Positions 1-8,192 of a DNA stretch of 26,273 nt are shown one piece after another. The position numbers were made by a program, and so were the translations under genes. The notes below the pieces were generated by a model that worked only from the letters and a program-made list of their open reading frames with translations, was not told the DNA's origin and searched no databases. Within the stretch, counting starts at the first letter, position 1. Each line of letters starts with the position of its first letter. Source of the stretch: a virus (Duplodnaviria; Caudoviricetes); the IMG/VR virus record IMGVR_UViG_3300035148_000226, positions 1 through 26,273 of that record; one strand, written 5' to 3'.

Positions 1-63
1 ACCATTTAGTACCATTGAGGAACTTTGGTCTTCATTTGCATTTGCATTTTCTATTGTGTTCAT
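1..63 (-). CDS. Partial CDS running off the window edge (MNTIENANANEDQSSSMVLNG...)
   Basis: ATG at 63-61, 1 nt after the stop of the upstream gene; frame is open to position 1. Confidence 0.45.
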   Translation of the reverse strand, partial: MNTIENANANEDQSSSMVLNG

Positions 64-64
64 A

Positions 65-412
65 TTAGAATAGAGTTTTAAGTATGTTATTTTCAAATTT
101 AATTTCGTCTTTGCTTCTTATAAAATCACCATTTGACAATTTTACAATTGTTTCAATGTATATTATGTCATAAGGTAAATCATTTGTATTGGATGCTGCT
201 ATACTTACAGTGAATGCACCATTAGGTGAATCAGTAATAGTAATTCCAGTGCCAACTGTAATTTCAAATAGTTTTGCTGAATCTAAATCGCTTGGCTTAG
301 CTTTTGCTATACATTTAATTGTTGAACCAGCTAAACTTGCAACAAGTGGAACATCAACATCAAGATATGCTATACAATCAAATTTTATTGTTGAACCTTT
401 TATCTTTATCAT
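65..412 (-). CDS. Virion structural protein, BppU N-terminal-like (baseplate/fibre attachment)
   Basis: 115 aa, beta-rich, with a GITITD..NG.FTV.I....T..L pattern typical of BppU-like domains; ATGA overlap with the upstream gene. Confidence 0.5.
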   Translation of the reverse strand: MIKIKGSTIKFDCIAYLDVDVPLVASLAGSTIKCIAKAKPSDLDSAKLFEITVGTGITITDSPNGAFTVSIAASNTNDLPYDIIYIETIVKLSNGDFIRSKDEIKFENNILKTLF

Positions 413-948
413 ACATCAAAGAATTTAATCCCAGTTCTATTTAATGACTCTTGTTGAGAGTATTTCCAGTATGTGTATGTATCAGTGTTTGAATTTAAAA
501 AGTCAACAGCTTTATTCAAATACATAGTTCCATTTGCTCTTACACTGGATATTGCTGAAGCAAGAACTTGTGGGCTTACGGGCTCACTAAAGTTCTCGTT
601 CAGCTTCTGGACTACACCAAATCTTGTTACATTTACAGGATTTCCTTCAAAAAATCTAGCAAGTGCAAAGTACGCTATGGCAGGAGCTATACCATCGAAC
701 AAGATTGGCCCGGCACTTCCAGTTGGGGTATATTCTTTTCCAAAAAGTAGCTCTTGATATGATGCATACATTGGGTCACCAGTTGTTGCAAACTTTTTTA
801 CTAAGTCAGTGAACAAAGTATCGCCAAGCATTGGTTGTATATCATTCAATTGAGCTTCAAGGATGTATGGTGCAATTCTGTCAATAGAAATTTCTTTTGA
901 CAGTGGTCTGTATTGCTTTATTGTATCAACTGTTATTAGTGCTTTCAT
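409..948 (-). CDS. Putative head-tail connector/adaptor (DUF6712-like)
   Basis: 179 aa directly after the portal; motifs PYILEAQ..DI.P.LG..LF, GI..AIAYFALARF and VTRFGVVQK. Confidence 0.6.
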   Translation of the reverse strand: MKALITVDTIKQYRPLSKEISIDRIAPYILEAQLNDIQPMLGDTLFTDLVKKFATTGDPMYASYQELLFGKEYTPTGSAGPILFDGIAPAIAYFALARFFEGNPVNVTRFGVVQKLNENFSEPVSPQVLASAISSVRANGTMYLNKAVDFLNSNTDTYTYWKYSQQESLNRTGIKFFDV

Positions 949-2336
949 ACTTTTGGTGGTTGAGGTGTAGGAGGTACTGGAGCTCCAGGTGCTGGAGGAG
1001 GAGTAAGTTCTTCGCCTACACCAACACCAAGTAGCTTATCAATTTCTTCATTTGATAATGCAAACCCGCCTTGTAAAAGTACTTTAGCTTGTTCGTAATT
1101 AATTTTACCTTGAGCAAATTGTCTTATGATACGACCAAGATTTTGATTTTGTCTTCCGGTCATATTAGCAAGATTGTCTCTTAAGTCTAGCCCAGATGTT
1201 CCAGCTTGCTCATCTTTTACATATTGCTGTTGGCTTATTAAACACGGATTTAGTATTGGTACTTGCCAGTATTGGAGTAATTTGGAGAACGCCCTACTTA
1301 TTCGCGCCCTATCGTTTCGTGTTGATGCGTTGAAGTATGTGTAAGCGTTCTCCATATTATCTTGGTTGAACATCCCGCTTTCTGGACGAACACCAATTAA
1401 TTCTTTTGGTATAGCAAAATTCTCCATGATAGCATCAGCAACTGATTTCTCAGTCCACTCATACAGCTTATCAGTATTTACTGGAGTTAAAGTTTGAAAT
1501 ATATCTGATGCTTTCTTTAATCCAGTTTTATCTTGGAGTCCAATGCGTGTTCCAGCATTTCGTATGCCAGATTTATTTTCAATTAACTGTTTGAAGTCAT
1601 TCTTTTCTTGCTCAGATTCAAATTCACCTGGGTATACAATTGCTAATTCAGCAGAGAATTTGTTTTGTGCTGAACCAACTTTATAAAGTCCAAGCTCATA
1701 TTGAGTTTGTGCATGGTCCATCACAGCATCAAAAGATGCTAATGGATATTGAAATTCTTCTGGAGTAATGAAAGCAATTTGACCTTGATATTTTGCAATA
1801 CCACCACATTGTTGTATTTGCTGTTGAATTGCTAATGGGTCAGGGTTGAATACATCATACTCAAGAATGGTGATGTCAGGAGATGCTTGTCGTCTTCCGT
1901 CTCTTTCCCAATTTGTTGAGTAAAGAATTTTACTAACTTTTCCATCAATTCCTTGAAGGCCAAGTCTAAGGTATGAGAACTTTAAAGGTATGATTGAACA
2001 TATCTTATAGTTCATATTGTAATTTATGTGAACAGGTATAGTTTCCCAACTTGCATATTCTTTACATACTTCAAAAAGTACGTCATTTGCATTTTGGCCA
2101 CTTAACCCGCGTGAGTTCAATTTAATGTTAGCAATGGCTGGGTCTAAAAATCCCTCCCCATTTAAGAAGTCTGCTCTTCGTGAAAGAACAGATTTTAGTG
2201 TATAAGATCTTTTTGCAACTTCCTCTGCTCTTTGAGGATACAAATTATCTAAATCAAAACGCTGTACTTTATCCGTAACATCAGTAATTACTGGAGTACG
2301 CTTTGTGTACGGTTTATTTTTTTCATATACAACCAT
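945..2336 (-). CDS. Portal protein
   Basis: 463 aa; DNLYPQ near the N-terminus, FLNGEGF, YPLASF, SGIRNAG, IMENFAIPKELIGVR...F helical clip/stem pattern resembling Bacteroidota phage portals; Pro-rich tail. Confidence 0.8.
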   Translation of the reverse strand: MVVYEKNKPYTKRTPVITDVTDKVQRFDLDNLYPQRAEEVAKRSYTLKSVLSRRADFLNGEGFLDPAIANIKLNSRGLSGQNANDVLFEVCKEYASWETIPVHINYNMNYKICSIIPLKFSYLRLGLQGIDGKVSKILYSTNWERDGRRQASPDITILEYDVFNPDPLAIQQQIQQCGGIAKYQGQIAFITPEEFQYPLASFDAVMDHAQTQYELGLYKVGSAQNKFSAELAIVYPGEFESEQEKNDFKQLIENKSGIRNAGTRIGLQDKTGLKKASDIFQTLTPVNTDKLYEWTEKSVADAIMENFAIPKELIGVRPESGMFNQDNMENAYTYFNASTRNDRARISRAFSKLLQYWQVPILNPCLISQQQYVKDEQAGTSGLDLRDNLANMTGRQNQNLGRIIRQFAQGKINYEQAKVLLQGGFALSNEEIDKLLGVGVGEELTPPPAPGAPVPPTPQPPKV

Positions 2337-2348
2337 AAAGTGTAGTTT

Positions 2349-2384
2349 AAAATAGGGCAGCGTATTTCATCTGCCCTACTTTTT
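2349..2384 (-). terminator. Rho-independent terminator (possibly bidirectional) closing the capsid/tail-tube unit
   Basis: Perfect 8-bp stem TAGGGCAG (2353-2360) / CTGCCCTA (2371-2378), followed by TTTT on the minus strand and a T-run on the plus strand. Confidence 0.75.
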
Positions 2385-2386
2385 GT

Positions 2387-2572
2387 TTATTCAGCTTTAC
2401 CTTTAACGGCTGGCTTTACCTCTTCAACTTTTACGAACTGAGATTCGTAATTTGGATTTGTCTTAATCAACTCTTCAACAATCTCATCAGTGATTGTGCT
2501 AGCTGTAAGTTCTCCGCTACCCTTGCTCAAAACTATTTTGAACTCTGGATTTTTAAGTTGCCATTTTGCCAT
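2387..2572 (-). CDS. Small hypothetical protein, probably virion-associated
   Basis: 61 aa, ATG 1 nt after the tail tube stop, ends just before the terminator. Confidence 0.65.
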   Translation of the reverse strand: MAKWQLKNPEFKIVLSKGSGELTASTITDEIVEELIKTNPNYESQFVKVEEVKPAVKGKAE

Positions 2573-2573
2573 G

Positions 2574-3434
2574 TTATGTAGTTATTACGTTTTGTGAACT
2601 CAACACAACACCTTTAATTGTAGTAACCCTTACTTTGTAAGATTTACCAGCACCTTCACCTGTTGCAGGTAAACTACAAGCTATAGTGGTTGCTGTAACT
2701 GTAAGTGCAGTTAATACGTTAATCACTGAACCAGTGTCATTATTAACTATCTGTACTTTCAGTACACCATTATTAACTCCACCACCAAAGAAATTAGTTC
2801 CAGTGATAGTGATAGCAGTTGGAGTGATAGCAGGATAAGTAGTGATTGAAAGACCACCAGCACCAATAGTTGGTAAGAATAAGTAACCATCCACCAATGC
2901 TTTTGTAGCTACATATGTTGCACCAGCAAGAGTACGAGGAGGTTTAACTTCGAATTCTTTTTCTGGAGAAGAAAGCATGATACGCATTGCTCCACCATTT
3001 TCTTGAGGAGCTCTTCCACCTTCAGTAACTTCCAATCCAACGTCAAGACCTAAGATTTCAAAAGCATCTATATCTTGTTTTGAATTTTCATAAATGGCCA
3101 CATAACGGCCATTACCCATTTGCCTTAAGTTGTTTTTTGCAATTTGATTGTACTCAAAGTAAAAGAACTCAGCCACGTGTTTGTACACTGTTTGGCCATT
3201 TTCATTTTTTGCAATCTCAAACTTAGGTTTTAAGCTTTGTCTTATTCCATCAAATGAATACCCAGACTTGCCAGCAGCAAGTGTAATAGCAGTAACGATA
3301 TCGTTACCATCTGCTGTGTAAGCATCAATATCCTTTTTAAGAATTAAAACAAGCCTGCTGTCTCCGCCTACCCCGCCTTGCAGGATATTAGTACAGTCTA
3401 AAACGGAGCTTCTTATTAAATCGCCGCAAGCCAT
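2574..3434 (-). CDS. Major tail (tube) protein with C-terminal Ig-like (IPT/TIG-like) domain
   Basis: MAC......LDC....GG start typical of Bacteroidota siphovirus tail tubes; C-terminal ITITGTNF...VTATTIAC.LPA...YKVRVTT..G is IPT/TIG-like; A-rich initiation region. Confidence 0.7.
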   Translation of the reverse strand: MACGDLIRSSVLDCTNILQGGVGGDSRLVLILKKDIDAYTADGNDIVTAITLAAGKSGYSFDGIRQSLKPKFEIAKNENGQTVYKHVAEFFYFEYNQIAKNNLRQMGNGRYVAIYENSKQDIDAFEILGLDVGLEVTEGGRAPQENGGAMRIMLSSPEKEFEVKPPRTLAGATYVATKALVDGYLFLPTIGAGGLSITTYPAITPTAITITGTNFFGGGVNNGVLKVQIVNNDTGSVINVLTALTVTATTIACSLPATGEGAGKSYKVRVTTIKGVVLSSQNVITT

Positions 3435-3442
3435 TTTATTTT

Positions 3443-3682
3443 TTATTCAGTTGGTTTAGTAAATTCTTGAGCAGTGATGCCCTCGGATTTTTTCAATGCG
3501 AGGTAGTTATTCAAGTGGTTTTCACCTTTTACTGTTCCATTGAATACCACTAAATCAGAAGTAACAAAAATTGATTTAGGTTCGTATGATGGATTTTCAG
3601 CAAAAAACTCTGCCGCTTTCTCCGAAGGAGTAGAAGGGAGCGCTGCTTCAGCGCCCTCTTCCATTTGATTTCTTTTAGCCAT
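3443..3682 (-). CDS. Hypothetical protein between capsid and tail tube genes
   Basis: 79 aa with 5- and 8-nt gaps to its neighbours. Confidence 0.7.
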   Translation of the reverse strand: MAKRNQMEEGAEAALPSTPSEKAAEFFAENPSYEPKSIFVTSDLVVFNGTVKGENHLNNYLALKKSEGITAQEFTKPTE

Positions 3683-3687
3683 TTATA

Positions 3688-4764
3688 TTATGCACGATTT
3701 GAAACGATTGCCATTTGCATAAAGTTAGCTGAACGTTGTTTAGCTCCTTTGAAACGTACTTGGAAACCAACTTCATCAGCTCTTTGTTCTGGGTTGATAC
3801 CTTTCTCTTTGTAGAACATTTCAACATCTCCCATACACTTCATAACTTCTGATTGTAAGAAGATAACAGAAGCAACACAATCATTTGTTGCATCAGCTGC
3901 TGCACCGTAAGCTTTAATAGCCAAAGTTGACTTGGTATAAAGTGGTGTATTCTTAGCAACATAGATCTTAAATCCATAGAGATCAAGAGCCTCACCAGTT
4001 TTAAGATTAGCAAATTGCTTTTGTAAAGAAACATCTTGAGCAAGTAAATCTTCACGGTGATAAGGTGAAAGAACAATTACTCTTCCTTCACTTGGAAAAT
4101 CTCTGTTGTCCAATTCTTGTTGTGCACGAGCAATATCTTTAATTGCAAGAGTTGCAGCCACAGAAGATTGTGCACCAATAACTGCTCCACGGTTTGCACC
4201 AGTTGCAGTAAATGCACCAGCTGCTGCAGTAGCAGGAGCGTAATTAAACAAACATTCAGTTACAAGTTCTTGCATTAAAGAAGATTTGTGTTGCTTAATA
4301 ACTGACTCCAATTTTGAAATAGATGCTTCAATTTCTTCAGTATTTCTAACACGTGTGGTTGTTGAATCATAAGTATCAAGAACTACAGTTGAGTTAGTAT
4401 CAGTTCTTTGAGTTGCAGCAATAGGAGTACCATAAGCATAATTCTTTAGAATTACTGGATCAGCACCAACTGCAGTAAAGTTGATAGTGTTATATTCAAC
4501 CCATTCTGACCAATCATCAACTCCATTTAACCAATCGTACTTAGAGTAAAAGTTTTCTTTCAACTTGTCAATCCAAATTTCTTTATTGACACCAGCAAAA
4601 AGTGCATTACCAACTGGTTTTGCAACAAACAAATAAGCAGTACGTAAAATAAAATACACACCAACTACACCTAGTGGGTTGATGGGCAGAAATAGCGATA
4701 TGCCAAAGCCTACAATGAGGGCGGTCAATATGCTATAGATAAAAGACATAGATAAATTTTTCAT
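3688..4764 (-). CDS. Major capsid protein (HK97 fold) with ~57-aa hydrophobic N-terminal leader
   Basis: Follows the protease/scaffold gene; GVNKEIW..KL start of the mature region, LD..DFP.EGRVIVLSP....DLL and LYGFKIY motifs of the HK97-fold P/A domains. Confidence 0.8.
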   Translation of the reverse strand: MKNLSMSFIYSILTALIVGFGISLFLPINPLGVVGVYFILRTAYLFVAKPVGNALFAGVNKEIWIDKLKENFYSKYDWLNGVDDWSEWVEYNTINFTAVGADPVILKNYAYGTPIAATQRTDTNSTVVLDTYDSTTTRVRNTEEIEASISKLESVIKQHKSSLMQELVTECLFNYAPATAAAGAFTATGANRGAVIGAQSSVAATLAIKDIARAQQELDNRDFPSEGRVIVLSPYHREDLLAQDVSLQKQFANLKTGEALDLYGFKIYVAKNTPLYTKSTLAIKAYGAAADATNDCVASVIFLQSEVMKCMGDVEMFYKEKGINPEQRADEVGFQVRFKGAKQRSANFMQMAIVSNRA

Positions 4765-4785
4765 CGTTAAAAATTGTTTTTGGTT

Positions 4786-5964
4786 TTAAATGTTAGGCAT
4801 TTTTCCAAACTTAGCATAGTACAAAGCCTTGTATTTTTCAGGCTCATTTTTACGCATTGCTAAGTGTTCGTTTGCCTTATACGAACGTTCCCATTCAGCA
4901 ACAAGTGCTGTATGATTTTCGGACTTATAAGTTCCAGGGATGTGTGTTCCGCCAATTTCAGAACGTAGCTTGGTAAGCTCTTCATTTACCTTTGCAACAA
5001 TTCTGTCTTCAAGCTTTGCACGTTCTTTTGCATCTTCTCTCATTGCAAGTAAGATTGAATCAAACTTTCCAACGAAAGCTAATTCATCAAATGCAACTGG
5101 AGGTGCTGGTGGTGCGGGTGGTGCTGCTGGTGCAGCCGCATCAACTACTTTCGTAACTACGCCTCCGGCAACAGTTACAACTTTTCCATCAGTCATTTTG
5201 TAATCACCATCAGGAGCGGGTACCTGTGATGGATTGCCTGCTTCATCAACTGTGAATGCTGGCACTCCCTCAAGTTTAGAGGCGTCCTCCGTTGCAAATG
5301 CAATTTTAGCTCCGCCTTCAAGTTCCACTACCATATTGAGTTCCTTACGACTGAAGAATGATTCCATGGCATTAAGGAATGACATGAACTTACTTTGTGT
5401 TTCGGTTTTCATATATGCTGCTATTTTATGAGCCTCTTGTAAATGTGTAGCAAATTTCATCTCCACTGCTTTCTCATCTCTGAATTTTGTTTCAGCTTTC
5501 ATAAGTGGTGAAATGCCTTCATCTGTAATTCCCGTTCTCTCCATATAGAACGCTTTAAGTTCTGATTCAGTTTGTCTTAAACTTGTTGCTAATTCTTCTG
5601 CACCATCAGCATCACCAGAAAATTGTGGTACCCAAGGATTATGAATCAGAAAATCTTCGCCACGAGTTGCTATACGATCATCACCAGCAAACCATGGCAT
5701 TGTGCCAATACTGCCAACCATTCCTATTTGTTCAGAAATGATGCGATACTTTGGTTTTAAAGAAAGCAGATAATTGTAGATATTCTTACCTACGTCTTTT
5801 CTTCCGCCTGGTGTGTCATACTGAATTCTAATGGTTTTCACCGTTTCCGGGAATGACATTACTTTTGTGACAATGTCAAGTAATTGTATTCCCTTGATTT
5901 TCTCACCGTTTGAGAGTTCGAAGTCCCCGATGGGACCGACGAACATGATTAGTCCTTCTTCCAT
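4786..5964 (-). CDS. ClpP-like head maturation protease fused to a scaffolding domain
   Basis: TPGG (cf. SPGG), G.VGSIG (catalytic Ser), FLIHNPW (catalytic His), AET.F...AVEMKFA; C-terminal APDGDY.MTDG.VVTV.GG repeat, AP-rich linker and coiled coil. Confidence 0.85.
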   Translation of the reverse strand: MEEGLIMFVGPIGDFELSNGEKIKGIQLLDIVTKVMSFPETVKTIRIQYDTPGGRKDVGKNIYNYLLSLKPKYRIISEQIGMVGSIGTMPWFAGDDRIATRGEDFLIHNPWVPQFSGDADGAEELATSLRQTESELKAFYMERTGITDEGISPLMKAETKFRDEKAVEMKFATHLQEAHKIAAYMKTETQSKFMSFLNAMESFFSRKELNMVVELEGGAKIAFATEDASKLEGVPAFTVDEAGNPSQVPAPDGDYKMTDGKVVTVAGGVVTKVVDAAAPAAPPAPPAPPVAFDELAFVGKFDSILLAMREDAKERAKLEDRIVAKVNEELTKLRSEIGGTHIPGTYKSENHTALVAEWERSYKANEHLAMRKNEPEKYKALYYAKFGKMPNI

Positions 5965-5971
5965 ATTGTAA

Positions 5972-5979
5972 CAAATTTA
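5972..5979 (-). promoter_or_regulatory. Bacteroidota-type -7 promoter element TAAATTTG
   Basis: Exact TAnnTTTG match in the 43-bp gap, 7 nt before the protease ATG; no clear -33 TTTG at canonical spacing. Confidence 0.45.
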
Positions 5980-6007
5980 ATCAATGTTTGTGTTTATTCT
6001 TATGCCA

Positions 6008-6220
6008 TTATTTTGTCACCAAAGCTATACATCGCACTACAGTACGCTTGCCAATACAGCAAGACTCAGATACTTTATCAACTGCATCTTCAAATTTTAA
6101 ACCATCATTTCTGTAACTTAAATATAGAGCGTATGCTTTACAAGCTGGAATAACTGTTGATTTTAAAAGGTGTTCATCTCCTACAAACTTGCCTGCTTTC
6201 CATTTTTCAAATGTTGTCAT
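6008..6220 (-). CDS. Small helix-turn-helix protein
   Basis: 70 aa ending FEDAVDKVSESCCIGKRTVVRCI, an HTH-like pattern; ATGA overlap with the tape measure gene. Confidence 0.6.
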   Translation of the reverse strand: MTTFEKWKAGKFVGDEHLLKSTVIPACKAYALYLSYRNDGLKFEDAVDKVSESCCIGKRTVVRCIALVTK

Positions 6221-8187
6221 AGTATTTGAGCTTTTGAAGTTAATGCATCTTCTTCTAATTGTTTAGCTTCTAATTCTGATAGAATAAGAACTGGTACAAA
6301 TTCTTTTACAATAGTCTGTTCTGTAGTTACAGTGGTTGGTGTAGAACTTGTAGTTCCAGTAAATCCACTATCAGCAAAACCAGGAACACCAATTCTTCTG
6401 AATGTAGCTGATCCACCAAGCATTGCTTGATGTCTCTCATTTAGTATTACCTCATTTGTTTTTACAGTAGCAAGTAAATTATCTCCATTATCTCTTGTAA
6501 TTGGTATACCCATATTAGATTTTATACGAGTTCCACTTAATGGTGTACGGCCACCTTTTGCAAAACCAAGTGCATTAATTCCAGAAGCTTGAACAGCACC
6601 ATATGCAATTACTCCTCCTGCTGCAACAACTCCAAGTGCCGGTCCAACAATTGGAATACCAGCTAATGATTTGTAAGCTGCTATTGCTCCAGCCTTTGTA
6701 TTAGCAATCGTTTCTGATAGAGCACCTTTTTTGAATATTGAAGTATAGAGTTTCTGTGCATCAACCCTGTCTCCAGTTACTTTACTAATCAGCTTAGTCA
6801 TACCAGCTGATTTGTACTTTTCAATCTCTATTTCTTTATCAGCTTGTTTTTTAGCATCAATAGCTTTTTGCTTATCATCTTTTGCTTTCTGTTCGTCTTT
6901 CTTTTTCTGTTCTTCAGCAAGTTTCTTTTTACGCGCTTCTTCTTCTTCAGCAGTTTTCTTTTCTGTTTCTTCTTTTTCTTTTTCAAGCTTTTTCTTTTCT
7001 TCTTCAGCAAGCTTTTCTAACTCTTTAGCAAATCTTAAAGTTGCTTCAAATCTTTGAGCTTCAGCATTTATAACTGCTGCTGTAGCTTCAGCAACTTTCA
7101 TTTTAGCATCCTTATCATCTCCATTTGCTTTAAGTTCTAACTCTGCTTGCTTTAATAGAGTTTGTTTTGCAGCAAGAGTTTTAGCTGCTAAATCTTCTTC
7201 AAGTTTTATTGCTTGTTCAACTGTCTTTCTTTTTTCTTCTCCTTCTTGGGTTACAGCTTCTCTTCTAAGTTTAGCTACTTCTAAATTTACTTTTGCATTT
7301 TGTACTATTAGGTCTCTTGAATCTTTATCAATTTTAGCTTGATAATCAGCAAGCTTGTTACCTTGTGCAAGTGCTTCATCAAAAGTATTTTTAACTTCAT
7401 TAGCTAAGTCTTGAACTTTACCAATAACATTTTCAACACCAGTACCCATTTGGAGAAAGCCATTTGCTACTTGTTTAAAGTCCAAATTTGTAATGCCTTC
7501 CCATACTACAGAAAACGCTTTTAAACGATTCATAAGATTAGTCTCTATAAAAGAAACTAAATCTAATAAAGCTTGCTTAGGATTATTGAAAGCATTGAAT
7601 ATAGCTTCACCTAAGTTTTCAACCACATCCATAATTTTTTCCATTATGGTTGAGCCTATTAGCATTAATCTGTTTAGATTGTTTTGGCCATCTTCAGAAC
7701 CTTTGAAGTATGCAGTGAGTGCTGATAAAGCAACTCCAAGTGCAGCTATTACTGCTCCAATAGGAGTAGCAATAAATGCTAAACCTGAAGTTATCATCCC
7801 TTTTATTCCAGTAGTTGTTGCACCTAACCCTGGAACTAATTTATCAAGAGCAGCCGAGTAGTCACCTACACCAATTTTTTGTTTGGTGTAAGAATCTACA
7901 TTGTCTTTTATTATAGCATTGTTTTTATCAAGCTCTGCATTAAGCTGTGCTAATCTAGCTCTGCCAGCTTCAGTAGCTGTAGAAGTATTATTACGTTCAG
8001 CAGTAAGCTCTTTATTTTTAGCTCTTAATGATGCAATAGAACCCTCTTCAGCTTTTACTGCTTCAGTAGTTGCTTTTATTGCTGTAGTGTTTTGTTCAGT
8101 AGCTTTAGTAAGCTCGTTAAGACCAGCTTTACTTTTTTCTACATCAATTTCAATTTTAAACAGAACTTTCTTTACTTCTTCAGCCAT
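6217..8187 (-). CDS. Tail tape measure protein
   Basis: 656 aa, Ala/Lys/Glu-rich coiled coils, GSIASLRA and IGVGDY motifs, hydrophobic stretches (PIGAVIAALG, IPIVGPALG), C-terminal FAKGG...GDNLLATVK.NEVILN. Confidence 0.85.
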   Translation of the reverse strand: MAEEVKKVLFKIEIDVEKSKAGLNELTKATEQNTTAIKATTEAVKAEEGSIASLRAKNKELTAERNNTSTATEAGRARLAQLNAELDKNNAIIKDNVDSYTKQKIGVGDYSAALDKLVPGLGATTTGIKGMITSGLAFIATPIGAVIAALGVALSALTAYFKGSEDGQNNLNRLMLIGSTIMEKIMDVVENLGEAIFNAFNNPKQALLDLVSFIETNLMNRLKAFSVVWEGITNLDFKQVANGFLQMGTGVENVIGKVQDLANEVKNTFDEALAQGNKLADYQAKIDKDSRDLIVQNAKVNLEVAKLRREAVTQEGEEKRKTVEQAIKLEEDLAAKTLAAKQTLLKQAELELKANGDDKDAKMKVAEATAAVINAEAQRFEATLRFAKELEKLAEEEKKKLEKEKEETEKKTAEEEEARKKKLAEEQKKKDEQKAKDDKQKAIDAKKQADKEIEIEKYKSAGMTKLISKVTGDRVDAQKLYTSIFKKGALSETIANTKAGAIAAYKSLAGIPIVGPALGVVAAGGVIAYGAVQASGINALGFAKGGRTPLSGTRIKSNMGIPITRDNGDNLLATVKTNEVILNERHQAMLGGSATFRRIGVPGFADSGFTGTTSSTPTTVTTEQTIVKEFVPVLILSELEAKQLEEDALTSKAQIL

Positions 8188-8192
8188 TTTAG

